Below, piece after piece: positions 51,331 to 64,000 of a stretch of DNA of 64,000 nt. The DNA lies in contig NC_092351.1 of the NCBI RefSeq assembly GCF_963676685.1, positions 42,098,001 through 42,162,000 on the forward strand, in the 5' to 3' direction. The notes beneath the pieces are model-generated. The model was not told the origin of the DNA. It saw only the letters and a program-made list of their open reading frames with translations, and made no database searches. A program made the translations under genes and the position numbers. The first letter of the stretch is position 1. Every line of letters starts with the position of its first letter. This stretch comes from Mytilus edulis. Its lineage: Eukaryota.

Positions 51331-53015
51331 AATTTGTGTTGACGGGATTTGAGCGAGATAAAACGATATTTGGCTAAAAACTAATGGTTTAGTCGAACCG
51401 GGAGATAACGCGAAATAATTCCGTGCCGACTCATGAAACCATGGATGTTAGTTTTCAAATTTTCGGCTTAGTTGGAATTTAATCATTTTTAGTCAATTTT
51501 GAATCTTATTAAAGATAGAAAAGAAAACAATACAGAATATAAATTCTATATTACTGTGGATAGTAAACTTGGAATTGACAGTAAATAGCAAATATAAGTT
51601 ATTTGGGTATATTTTTGTTCTTATTATAAATGTATACTGAAAAATCTGGTTGAATCCACCATTTTCTACCTAATGCCTTTACCAAGTCTGGAATATGATA
51701 GTTGTTATCCATTCGTTTAATGTGTTTGAGCTTCATAATTCCGCCATTTGATTAGCGTGGACTTTCCTTTTTGAATTTTCCTCTGAGTCAGTCAGACCGT
51801 GACTTTTTGTGAGTGTACTTTATACAAATAAAACATGCAAAGTGACCCCGACAGCTCAATTTGGGCATAAGCACAAACTAGTAAACAGCACTAAACTAGA
51901 TTATAAGCATATGCTTGCCTTCAGTCACAGGCACTAGTCTCAGAAAAAAATCCTATATATAATACATATAGGATCTTTTTTTCTGTTCTGAGCCGGAAAA
52001 AAAACCTACATACCTTAATATTTAAGGTATATAGGATCTTATTTTCTGAGCCAAGTGTCTGTCACGCAGATGTACCATGGTTAAAACCCATTACATCGGG
52101 GAATTTGCCAAATACATTTTTCCTTTTTTAATGCAAGAGCTAGCGTAATCATGATAGCCATATATATGCATTCGAAATGTATAACAATATATGATAAGGT
52201 ATGGTTTTTGTTTTTTCAAAATATATGAAAGGGTGAGATACTGGATGTCTCAATTTTAATGCCCAACCATACCATTCCAGCACTAAGAAAGGTGAATAAT
52301 GAAATGCGATTCGAATAGACCAAATTTAGATTTTTCTAGCCATTTGTCGACATGACCCCTGTGGTAGGGTTAGTACACCACTGTATGATCAGGTTACATT
52401 TAATCATATAATGGCATATACGATAAGGAGACTGATGTGTTTGATTGCCAATTAAACAACTATCCACTTAAGTCCAAAGGACATGGATTTAAGCAACTAC
52501 TAAGTTACCATACGGCATACGGCATTTTACAATGAGATAAATCCATACCACTAAGTGAAATTAAAATTCAAACCATACCAACATCATGCCGTCTGCTGTG
52601 GGTATTTTTAGTTAGGTAAGTAAAACACAAAAAGGTTTAATTTATGACAAATAATAAACGAGAAACAAATATTACAGGAAGCAACCAACGACTATCACTC
52701 GATACAGGCTTCTGAATTAAAGTGACATATGGCAGCCAGGGTGAAGCATGTTTTTGAGTTCTCCCCTTCTTTTAACATGATATAGTAGTGTAACAGGACA
52801 ACGTAAACAATGTTCACAATTAATGACAAATGATAAATGAGAAACAAATATTAAAGGTATGCAGCAACCAAAGACAACCACTGCATTACATGCAGGCTTC
52901 TGAATTAAAGTGATATATGGCAGGGTGAAGTATGCATTTGAGCGCTTCCCTTCTATCAACATGAGATAGTAGTGTAACAAGACAACGGAAAAATGGCTTT
53001 GCTCACCAGATTGAC

Positions 53016-53192
53016 NNNNNNNNNNNNNNNNNNNNNNNNNNNNNNNNNNNNNNNNNNNNNNNNNNNNNNNNNNNNNNNNNNNNNNNNNNNNNNNNNNNNN
53101 NNNNNNNNNNNNNNNNNNNNNNNNNNNNNNNNNNNNNNNNNNNNNNNNNNNNNNNNNNNNNNNNNNNNNNNNNNNNNNNNNNNNNNNNNNNN
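53016..53192. other. Assembly gap (177 N)
   Basis: Run of n, preceded by a ~180-bp tandem duplication (52650-52990). Confidence 1.
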
Positions 53193-54229
53193 CTCCTCGA
53201 GTAGACAAGTATATTTCATACATCCTTTGGCTACCATATTTGTTTGGTTTCTGCGTTCCTGCATGATGGAGTTGAATCCAGTCAATATCAGCATTTTCGG
53301 ACGAACCTCAAAGCCTTAATCTATATATATATATATATTTGTAAATTGGTAGATACCACTGTCATAGTGCTTCTATATCAACTTTATTAATACATACACA
53401 ACTGTATCAAATTCTCTGTTTTAAACTATTTAATAATTTAAACTAACGTCCAAACACGTTAAAGAACAAGGTTGATCGAAGATCTGAAGCATGCATGTTC
53501 TTGGTTATTTTTTTTTATATATGGGCTGCCATATTTGCCACTTGTGCAAACTGTTATTTTGAAGATACATTTGTTTTTGACAATTACTATAGTAACTAAA
53601 TATGTGTACGACTGTACGCGTATGAACCCTGTTAGTCCTAGATACTGCACACTTTGACATTGCCCAAAGCCGGCATCATGCTTTTCTTATACGACTTTTG
53701 ACATCTTTACGCTAAATTCATTGGATGTGTACTGCATGGTTTATATTTTTGTCTGCGAAAACATGGTTTATAAGTTCTTTATTTGTCGTTGGTGGATGTC
53801 TATCACATTCATGATTCTTATTGTTTGCAACTTTTGGACATTGTTTTTTGTTTTTTTCTCCACATTTTTGAATGACGAGGTCTTTTGTTGTTTTACTGTA
53901 TTGTACGAGTTTTGCGCACTTTGCCCTTTACCAATTTACCTATACTGAGGTCATATTTTCCAATAATTGTCAAGTAAATAGATATAGGAAGATGTGGTGT
54001 GAGTGCCAATGAGACAACTCTCCATACAAATAACAATTTAAAAAGTAAACCATTATAGGTTAAAGTTTACCTCAGATGAATTTAGCTGTTGTTTTTTCCT
54101 TTTGTTTATATTGCTAATTTGTCCCATTTGTTCATTTTGCTCCTAACGTTTATACATATTCATACATCACTAGCTTTTCAAATGTTTAGGTTTGAACGTA
54201 TCTAAATAAAATTAAGTCTATAGATTGTG

Positions 54230-54905
54230 GCTACCACAGGCAAACGATCAGACAAAATTGCCTTCTATAATGTTTGGTTCAGAAATCCAATACCAATGAA
54301 ACGTTAACAGAATCAGCAAAGGCACACATTTAATTACTTGATGTAAATGCTCCATCATTAGGTAAGATGCTGGTTCTTCCAAGTTCTCCATTAAAACTCT
54401 TTTTATCAGCAATCAAAGCCGGGCTTCAAAGTTATTGCGAAGCTACATTTTCTAGATGAGGCGTAAATCAAAAGCAGATATCAAAAAGTTACAAAGATCT
54501 TTTAGAGTACATACAATCTAAGACTCTTTCATCTTGCAACAGTATTAAAACATTTGACTTTCCTACACTTTAATCTTGAGTATTCCCCATTCCAAACTAA
54601 AAGACAAATTTGAAGGATCGGTCCTGCTTTGTTTCATAAAAAATGACCAACAAGAAATACAAGTATCTCGTCTAATGGTTCAAGATGCTTGATTCTTAAT
54701 TTACAACATGTTTGTTCTGTTTGGAGGACGTGTTTTCAATAAACAATCGACATTCCCATGGGAACAAACTGTCTTGCCGACTTGTTTCTTTATTCATATG
54801 AGGCTCTCTGCATACAGGAATTTCTAAGGAAGAAAGAAAAGAAGTTTGCAGTATCCTTTGACTTTATTTTCCGCTATATAGAGGATGTTCTCTCACAATA
54901 TAATT
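54230..54905 (+). mobile_element. Decayed Penelope-like element reverse transcriptase
   Basis: Frameshifted peptides in order: SIKTFDFPTL, IPHSKLKDK, FGGRVF, IPMGTNC, LADLFLYSYEA and FRYIEDVLS (YIDD-like). These are typical of Penelope-like RTs rather than LINE RTs. Confidence 0.8.
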
Positions 54906-55799
54906 AAAAATTGACTTTTTCATGCGGAGATTGACTTTGTTTGGAAAATTTGAAAAAGTAAAATATCAAAAATATCTGAATCCAAGGAAAATTCACAATC
55001 AAATCCTTTATCAGAAAGCAAAATCAAAAGGTCAAACGCATTGACAACAGCTATCAACTCCTAACTGGGACAGGCATTTACTTTAAAAGGTAAAAATGGT
55101 GGATTAAACGTGATTTTTTTAGGTATTAAAGGGACAGCATCAAAAGTTCAATGTAGGATAAAAAAAAACTAACCCCTGACCCCTCTACCCCCTACCCCCA
55201 TCTTAACTTATTCGGGAAACATTGATTAACCAATAAAGATATATATAAAATCGATGTCAATTAAACAAAGCTTGTAGCAATTTTGACCCCCAAACTGTTT
55301 GAATTAAGTTTGTTTATCCTTCATTGATTTTTTTTTATGTCGTCCCTTATATGCTATATCCGTCATGAATGGTTGTTCTTGTCTAAACGTGCAGTTGCAA
55401 ATATTTGATGCACATTCAGGACCGCGATAGAGTGGATTTGTATCTTTAATTTGAGTATCCAGAAAAGGTGATGGGAGATCCATTTCTTTTGATTATTTAA
55501 AGTTACAAAAGGCATTATTAATGCAGCGAGAGCAATTAACATATTATCTATATCACTGAGGTAACACAAAAGTTTACTAACATCTGGCCATCTTTGAAGT
55601 CGGATAGATCAGCTGAACATGAGTTTTCATAAAGACCCACCGAGTTGTGCTTTAATTATGATTTCGTCTGAGATGGTTTTTCGAACACCTTTGTGTTGCC
55701 ATGAAATATCACATGTTCATTTTCTGCAAAATTATTAATTACTAAGTAAAAAGTTGAATTAAGCCTATTTGAAACTCTTCGCTATATATAACTTCGGTT

Positions 55800-56022
55800 A
55801 CCCTATCCGGCCTCAGACATAGATTGCCGTAATCGTATTTGATACAACTTCTTGCACATTTAGGTTTTAAATTCAATGTTCTTCAACTTTGTATTTTATT
55901 TTGTCCTACATCTTGTTTCACTGATTCGAGCGCCACTGATGAGTTTTATGTAGACCTGAGTGAGACTAGCGTTATAGTAGTCTCAGTGTGTATAGACGAA
56001 ACGCGCAGCGTTCTGGCGCGTT
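55800..56022 (+). mobile_element. Hammerhead-repeat (retrozyme/Penelope pseudo-LTR-like) fragment with an expanded stem II
   Basis: Homologous to 19260-19410: cgcca CTGATGA (55936) gttttatgtagac + ~42-nt insert + GAAA (55998) cgcgcagcgttc tggcg. Confidence 0.65.
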
Positions 56023-56592
56023 AACAAATTGCCGGTAATGGCTGGTCGGAACGGTTATTTGTAGAGGACCTCACAGCCTGAAGCCATAAACTGACAAGTG
56101 CATGTATATTCACTATATATACAGTCACTACACTATATACATAAATGACTTTTTTTTTTATCATACCTTGAACCGTTGTTTTTCTTTTACTCTTATTCAT
56201 GTATTATGTTAGTATTCTTACATGTAATTAGATTTTAATTACGCTCTCTGCAAGCCTATTCAAATCAGGGCCGTAACTGGGTCTCCAAAACAGAGGAGGC
56301 AGGAGTCTGAGGGTCGCCGACTAAGACCCCCAGTTAGTGGGGGACCAGAGAGCGAAGCCCGCCGTCCAAATTGTAATATTAGGGTTCAAAATATGTCTTA
56401 TAACCTCAATTTTTGTATCTTACTTATCGTTTTTGTTTTCATATTAACTGTATGGAGAAATGCATTCGGTAACCAGAGCCGGCTGATAGATGCTTACCTA
56501 GATTTTTATTCTATGAAATAAAACTGAGAATAGAAATTTGGAATATGACAAAAACCCGACCTAATTAGAGCAGACAACAGCCGGAGGCCCCC

Positions 56593-56742
56593 CAGTGGCG
56601 GATCCAGAACTTTTCCTAAAAAAGGGGGGGGGGGGCACTCCAGTCATGCTTCAGTGATTCCCTAGCTGTATAATCAACCAAATTTCCCCCACAACTGAAA
56701 GGGGGGGGCTCGGTCCCCCAGGCCCCCCTGGATCCGCCTATG
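56593..56742. mobile_element. MITE (cagtggcggatcc family)
   Basis: ccccc|cagtggcggatccag ... ctggatccgcctatg|ccacc (5-bp TSD with one mismatch). Confidence 0.8.
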
Positions 56743-57274
56743 CCACCATTGGGTTCTCAACGCACGCCAGCGAGAAAATCCAGCATCTGGATTGTGAACA
56801 TATTATAAATGAAAAAAAAATGTAACAAAGCTGGACCAAATGCTCCTGATTTGGGACAAGCGCAAAAATGCGGCGGGGTTAAAAATTTTTTGTAAGGTCT
56901 CAACCCTCCCCTTAACCTCTAGCCAATGTAGAACAAGGAAACGCATTTCAATACGCACAGTATATCTCATTATTCTTATTTTTCATATTTTTCATATTTT
57001 TTACCGAAAAAATCAGACGAGGCAGTCTGCCTCATCGACATCGGTAGTTTATATACGGCCTTGCAAATGAATCCTTAATAGCTATATGTTAGCGTCTTTT
57101 TTTAATCCGTTTATTTCTGAATAAATAAAGAATGTTTTTGTGGTAATTTGGATGTAAAAATGTATGTGATAGATATCGAAAGCGACCTGAAGTTGACCTC
57201 TTATGCACACCTACTTGAGAAGTGGGTGTGTCAGTCAAAATTGCCCGGATGTTAGGCGTGGTAATGGGCAAAAC

Positions 57275-60200
57275 ATGGCGACAGACGGGAAGATATCCGA
57301 CACGGGTAACGGGGAAAATATCACAGAATTCGATTGCTTTGGTAAGAAAATGTTCATATTATTCATATACTGGAATAATATCTCTTTCACTTCACGTGTC
57401 ATTCAATTTCAATTCCGGATACAATGCACTGGCTGCTGAAACAGAAAGTCAGCTGATTAGCATAAAAACAATCGATATTCAATCTGTCAATAGGAATTTT
57501 CCTTTATTTACAACATTAACATGTTTTTGGTATTTCTTCGTGTAAATATATTTCAGTCGAAATGTGTTTAATTGCAGTTAAATATAATTAAAACAAATTA
57601 GTAATTGCATATCAGCTGATCCAGGTCATTGAATGTTGGTCTGTAATTGTTCTTTAGAATATGACCATATATATATAATTGACCAACATAAATACCACAC
57701 AATTATTGAATTTCGGGAGAATATTTAAAAACGAAATTGATAAGGTGAAAGGCAACGATTTTTCTGTATATTTTAAAAAGAAGTTATGGATTGGTTGCCT
57801 TGTAACTGTAAGGGCTATTAGGAGAAAGTCCTAAAAAGTTAACAAGGCCCCTACATGTAGCTATATAAAGACTAAAGTTGTGATGGTTGACCTTTTGACA
57901 GCTGTCAGATGACCAAGACAGTGTTTTGTATCATTTACATGTAGTTTTGTGATTTGGTTTTCTCTCAAAAAGAAAAATATTGTGAAAATTTCTATTAAAG
58001 TTGCAACACAAAATAAAAAAAAGAGAAATGCATGCTTGTCTTAAAAAATGTATTAAATGTTCACATTGGAGACAAGTTTGCTTAAATCATATGAGCAAAT
58101 GCCCTATTTGGACTGGCTATGGTTCAATTGTGTTATTGGAACAAAAAAATTGAAATTGGTATTAAATTCTCTCCTGGTCATGATGTTTAATCAAATCCTA
58201 AATATCTGGTAAATATATATGCATCCTGGTCGTAAAAGATACTGTAAAACTAAAAATGGGAATTTTTGCTAAGTTTGCAATTATTATAAAAAATTCTAAA
58301 TATTCCTTAGAAAAAACAATTCTTTAAGTCTGTAAGTGTAAATTTGATATGAAAGGTATATTAAATTTAATATTGGAATCAAAGAAACTGCAAAATAAAA
58401 CTTTGCAAACAAGTGTCAGTGGCGGATCCAGAAATTTTCATAAGTGGGGGCCCACTGACTGACCTAAGAGGGGGCCCGCTCCAGTCACGCTTCAGTGATT
58501 CCCTATATAAGCAACCAAATTTTTTCCCAAAAAGGGGGGGCCCGGGCCCCCCCTCTAAATCCGCCTCTGAGTGTGGTTCAGGAAATTGTGAAATATTGAA
58601 TATAAACCCCGACCTTTTTACACTGTGTATCATCAGTACACTGTACAGTGGATATAGGTACTAACCAAGCGGGCATGATCGATTTTGACATTACACGGTA
58701 AAGAAAATCTTTGTTTGGCTTTATCAATATTAAATGTACATTTCTCATCATTTGAAATTCCTGCTCCCAAATAATGCATCGATTTTGTCCTATTTATAAA
58801 GCAACTTTGATATTCTAATAAAAACAATTAACTTGTACATGCGCAAATAGTTGTTAATGTCAACACCAACTTTCAATTTCGATACAGTTGTTGGAACATT
58901 TACATGTTTTATCTGAAAGAAACCTAATACAGGGCAAAAGTAATAAATACCAATCATAAACCTACATGTGATTACTCATTCCTTGAAACTTTTTGGGTAA
59001 TAAACGAGTATGAAAATAAAGTTTTTGTGTATGGTGTACAACAACTTAACTATGCACCGTACATAAGAATTTATGTGGTCAGCTAAACACCGTACACATC
59101 GCTTCTTTTGGGATAAAATATCGAAAAATAACATTTATATGAAAGATTTCAATGCCAACTATTGAAACAGCTGTACTTATTACACACGCACAGCGGCCTT
59201 CTATCAGAAAAAGAGTTGCAATAAATATAGAATTATATCGGATGAGACGAGTGTCAACTTCTTTGACAAGTATTTGCACATGTTTTTAGTAACCATTCTT
59301 GTTTTGGGAAAATAATGAGACATCTCTAATCATCAACCTTCATCCAAATCATTTCTTAAAACAGCAATTATGTTCAGATTGAAGTACACATTGATATTAT
59401 GTGAACAAAACAAAGATTTTCGTTACCGTGTAAGATGAAAATCGCTCATGCCCGCTTGGTTAGTACCTATATCCGCTGTACGATGATACACAAAGTTTTA
59501 GTAAGAATGACTGTATATATTTATTGTGCAGTTTTTGGGGAAAATAAATTTAGAAATTAGCTTGCAGTGTCCTCATAATTTTGTTTTATATGGTGATTTC
59601 ATCAAAATTTTGAAAGATTCAAATGTATCTATATTGCCAAAAATCCTTATTGAATAAGTTACAACCGAAACATTGAGTATTTATAAAAAAATGGATGTCA
59701 TTTTTGTTACTCCTCTGACTAAGATTAAAGGAAGGATGGTTGAGTTCCTCATACATGTACTCTAGTCATAGATTGTTCTGGTGTTTCCAGGAGTCAGAGC
59801 AATCTTGAAGTACTGATACTCATGTTAGGAACTTAGTCAGTGAGTGTTTTAGTTGTTTGTTATAAGACACCGATACAAAATATACATGTATAACAATAAG
59901 TGCCTGCTTTTAAAAATTCCAACTTTCAAAAGGAATTAGTATTCATGATAAAAAGGACAAACAAACAAAATTTAAATAAAAAAAAAAAAATTCCAAATGA
60001 GGAAAGTTTTGAAATGTTGCTAGATTTATGTCCCTTTGTACACATTTTTTTTTACCTGTGTACAGATTGATTATATAATACCTATACGCTATACCATGTA
60101 AATAGATGGAACTTTTTCAGTGAATAACAGGTAAATAAAGACAATAAGTAAACACTAATATAACATATGCAATAAATGTAATAAAAAAGTCTAACCACAG

Positions 60201-63200
60201 TTATATTTTTAGAAACTTGTTTTCCTTGATCCACAAACAAGTTGACAAATGTGAGCTTTCATGTTGATACCTTTTGTATAAATTTAAAAAACAAGTGAAA
60301 TAACCGATATGAATAAAAGAAGATATGGGTTTATGCATTTTTTGGTTTCTCAGGCTTTATTTTTCTCTGTGAAATCTAGGAGTGTATGCAGTGATGTCAC
60401 AGGCTCTATTTGAATGAAATATAATACAAAATTCTTATCAAATGAAAAAAAGTCAAGATTAACTTGGAGGTTTGATAAAAAAATTCTGACAACAAAATTC
60501 AGTTAGCTTTCTGTTTATAATGGAATTTCTAAATTATCTGGTTAGAAAAAGTTTTTTTCAATCTGATAAAATTCTAAAACATATTATGCTCCATTCTACT
60601 TACTGTTTCAATGATTCTTAAACAAACCAATGAAATTTTTAAAGGTATAATTAATGAGGACAAAACTCCTAACATTCTGAAAATGTGTGTACAACAAAAC
60701 AATTGTTATCAGATCCTTAAGCTTTGCTAGGAATCTTGGACATAAGAAAGATCTGTTTAATATTAAAAGCTGCATTGCATGTTTTAATGACTTTGTTTAA
60801 GCTGCACATTTACTAGAGGCATACATGTTCAATATACATGACATTTATTTTTTTGCATTTTAAAAACAGCAATCCAATTTCAGCAGAACATGGCGTGCAC
60901 AAGGCTGGTGTCGTGATTAAAATTGCAACATCTTTGGTAATGCATGTAGATCCATCCTTGGTAATGTTAAATTTTTTTATCAATATGACATATTTTTACC
61001 AAATTAGTCAGCTATTCAGTCTCCTTAAAGCCTCAAGTTATTTAGTAATCATCCCTTATTAATTTATATTTCCTTGCTGGTTATGGTTTAAATTTATGTA
61101 TATTATGAAGGCCTAGAGGAATATAAATAATTGAATAATATGTTTTTATGATGTTTAGTTGACTTTTTTTACAAAATTTTTTCAGATGGAGCTGAGCAGA
61201 GCATGAGAACTCAAGAAAGGTATATATTATCTATAGTGTTTAATGCAATCAAAAGGGTTCATTTTCTGGTTGTTTTAATTGATGTGCACCAAAAAGTAAA
61301 TCAAAGAGAAGTTGTACTGGTCAGCATTAAATATGTCAGCAAATACAATGTGCAATTGAAAACTGTTGGTTTTGAAACTCGGGAAATGGAAAAAAATCAA
61401 AATTTATACATTTTATTGGCTGAGCATATTGCACCTGAAAAAAAATTATTAAGAAAAGATCAATCATTACTTAGTCATATCAGCATGTAGACTCTTGTTT
61501 AAATTATATGAAAAAAATTAATATGTTTTTTTTCTTAAAAATATTTTTTTTAAATGAACTGTTCATGTATTAAGTTCCTTAACATCCTCAGTTTTTTCAA
61601 GGTAAAAAAAGTAGAGTCCAACTGTTAATGTGTAAACCCTTATAAAGATATAAACAAAGGACACTTAGATAAAGACTACATTGCTTTTATTGCATACCTA
61701 AAATGTAAGTTAAAGGTACCAGTACTTGAGATCTCTCAGGGTTAGAAGAGCCATTTTATTTGTTATTTCAGGGTTAAAGATAGAAAATGAGGAAGTCTAT
61801 GACACTTTTTCAATCATAATATCAAGATAAGAGAATTTTGAAGAACACTCGATAATCACATATTATAGTTTTTGACACGTAAAGCGATATAAATTGTTAC
61901 ATTTAAATAAGGTAGTCTAACAATTGACTGGTTAAGATATCAATACGATTTAAATATTCGACTACGATAACGGTATAGACTCAAAAGATTAAATTGATAG
62001 CGGACAACGCTCAGGTGGTCAGTGTATTTATAGTAAAAGGTGATATGTTTGACTAGACATTATGATATATATAATTATTGAATATTGATCTGAACTTAAA
62101 AAGTGATAATTAGGGGTTGATTTCATTTTTCATTTCAAGCACTAAAAAAAGATTTCATTTTTTATTTCAAGATCTAAAAAAGGTTGTATAAAAGAAATTT
62201 CATTCCTAGATAATTTGTGAATTCAGATAGTAATCATTGAACATTGTTTAATAATTTCCTGCATTGATAAAATGACAATTTTTTTGTTGAAACAAATAGA
62301 CAGCAAGAACAATATTGTGGGTATGAAATAGTACGTTTAGAATGTTTTGAAATGGAAATTTGACTCCAAAAATGTAAGTGGTTCAGATTTTATTCCTCTT
62401 CTGCTCAAATTTAATTAGCCTTTAGTTACATGTATGTTATGACCACAATTTCATGGTAAATTACCTCTAACCAACGTAAAAACAATATTGAATAGAATGA
62501 CAAACACAGACTGATTAACTGTTATTTTTATGCTGTGGGTTCATTTATTTTTCTTGATGCTAAAATTTGTGGATTTTGAAAAAATGTATTTTTCATGAAT
62601 ATTGTTTTCTTGATTTTGTAATTAAGCTAAAATTTTATGAATTAGTGTTGGAAGCATTTTTAAGAAGCAATGACAAAAAAATATAGAAGTATGCAACAAG
62701 CATCAATGATACAGCAAATTTACCTAACTAGACAATAAATGTTTAAACTTGTGGTATATATATATGTCAGTGAGAAGTCATCCCAACTACAAAAAAAAGA
62801 GAGAAACACATCAAGAACACACCTGTAGCCTGTGGGTTTGAGGGGAACCCTCTCCTTGAAAACAAATAAGCACTGTTAAAGTCGATGTTCTGTTTGAATT
62901 GTAACTGTTGTGAATTAGTTATAGTTTCAGTTTAGAATTTTATACTCTTTTATTTGCTTAACGTTTTACCGCCATTTTTGACTTAACAATAGGCCCACAA
63001 CGTCGTCACTTGCCGACGTCTCTTTGTATACTTTAGACTCTAGTAAAGCATACGAAACATTGAAGACGCTTTTGTGTTTACTCGCCTTTATTATCGATGC
63101 GTCCAAAACAGTAACTGTTAAAGTTGAGCATGATTGTATGTAACTTTTTATTACTTTGAACTTTAAATTGCTTATCCTATGCCTGCATGTGTATAACAAA

Positions 63201-63362
63201 AACTCAGAAATGAAGATGCATTTTCTTCTTAATATTGCTTTCGTCAAAATCTTTTTCTTTTGTTTCAGTTCCTTGTCAATAAACAGATACAACGAGTTAT
63301 TTGATGATTATGAAGCAATTCAGATCACCATTAAACAAGAATATGATGACAGTTCTGATCAG
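57275..63362 (+). CDS. 5' exons of an unidentified gene (57275-57341, 61186-61219, 63269-63362); may continue beyond the window
   Basis: aaaacATGGCG start in a CpG-richer patch. Strong splice sites (g|gtaaga, tttttcag|, ag|gtatat, tttgtttcag|, cag|gtaaga) join in phases 1 and 2 to give MATDGKISDTGNGENITEFDCFDGAEQSMRTQESSLSINRYNELFDDYEAIQITIKQEYDDSSDQ. Confidence 0.55.
58417..58569. mobile_element. MITE (cagtggcggatcc family), 5-bp TSD agtgt
   Basis: agtgt|cagtggcggat ... atccgcctctg|agtgt. Confidence 0.85.
58625..59491. mobile_element. ~870-bp MITE with ~50-bp TIRs
   Basis: tgtgtatcatc..gtacagtggatataggtactaaccaagcgggcatgatcgatttt / aaaatcgctcatgcccgcttggttagtacctatatccgctgtacgatgatacaca; a second copy lies at 22462. 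Confidence 0.85.
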
Positions 63363-64000
63363 GTAAGATAACTTGTCCAACAAGAGACTGCTGCTTAAAA
63401 TGTGAGCTTTTGCATCACATGGTATCCGTCTGCCAGCAACTCACAAAAAACTCTCCTCTAAAATCTATTAAGGATACTTAGGATCCATTGAACTTTCATC
63501 TTTACTCTTTAGGATTGTTTGAAACTTTACATGTGTGACCATAAAAAAATATTTCTGTTTTATTTAAAATAAAGGTTAATACATGTATAACATTTGATAT
63601 ATGACATCTTTCATGTTTTAGTTGTCAGTTTTTGGATTGCATATTTAATAAAATTCAATTAATACAGCAGTCAATACATGTTAGTGTGTCAAATGTTGAT
63701 ATTATATAACACCTTACAGGAATGTACACTCTCAAGTCTTGTGTACAACCCTTCATTCAATTGAAGCCCAAACATAATGGGATGCTTGATTCTAAATTAT
63801 CTGATGATGCAGCCTATCCATCAACACAATAGCTGTTACCATAAAATGAAAGCTGGTGTGAAAACACTAAATTGGACCATTCTGCAGTAGTGTAGCCTAT
63901 AAGGTCTACTGGTTCAAGATTAAGGGTATAACAATTGTAAAGTTTGGTACAAAATGTATCTTTCAGTTTCAGCAGTTTGTTACTTGAACCTTGCTCATTC

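Noticed and set aside
52717-53319. ORFs spanning the N-run (also 46912-47160)
   Set aside because: They are artefacts of translating assembly gaps.
58379-58664. Gly/Pro-rich ORFs on both strands
   Set aside because: They derive from the GC-rich MITE at 58417-58569.
60884-60960. Possible extra exon of the + strand gene
   Set aside because: It has a plausible acceptor, but both candidate donors give phase 0, which is incompatible with the phase-1 exon at 61186.

Overview
AT-rich, intron-containing eukaryotic (animal) DNA. The repeat families suggest a bivalve, probably a Mytilus-like mussel (inference). There are two assembly gaps (46971-47070, 53016-53192). The left third is an old tandem duplication (~4.2-11.6 kb vs ~15.1-20.1 kb). 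Each unit carries a minus-strand Mab-21/cGAS-like receptor (cGLR) gene with a C-terminal TPR motif, lying tail-to-tail with an acidic exon-repeat gene on the + strand. Copy 1 of the cGLR is an intact 745-codon ORF. Copy 2 has a single 1-bp frameshift, a diverged active-site region and a retrozyme-like double-hammerhead insertion upstream. The centre holds an 11-exon JADE/rhinoceros-family PZP chromatin gene (minus strand, 33306-47916), whose N-terminal exons appear to be missing at an assembly gap. A small-exon + strand gene starts near 57275. The rest is dense in mobile DNA: a decayed LINE RT, a Penelope-like RT relic, hammerhead-ribozyme repeats, Helentron-like elements carrying satellite arrays, and MITEs with 3-, 4-, 5-, 6- and 9-bp target-site duplications (TSDs). 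These include two multi-level nests and a CACTGTG-ended element with a 5-bp TSD (Transib/CMC-like). All homology calls come from motif recognition by eye, not from database searches.
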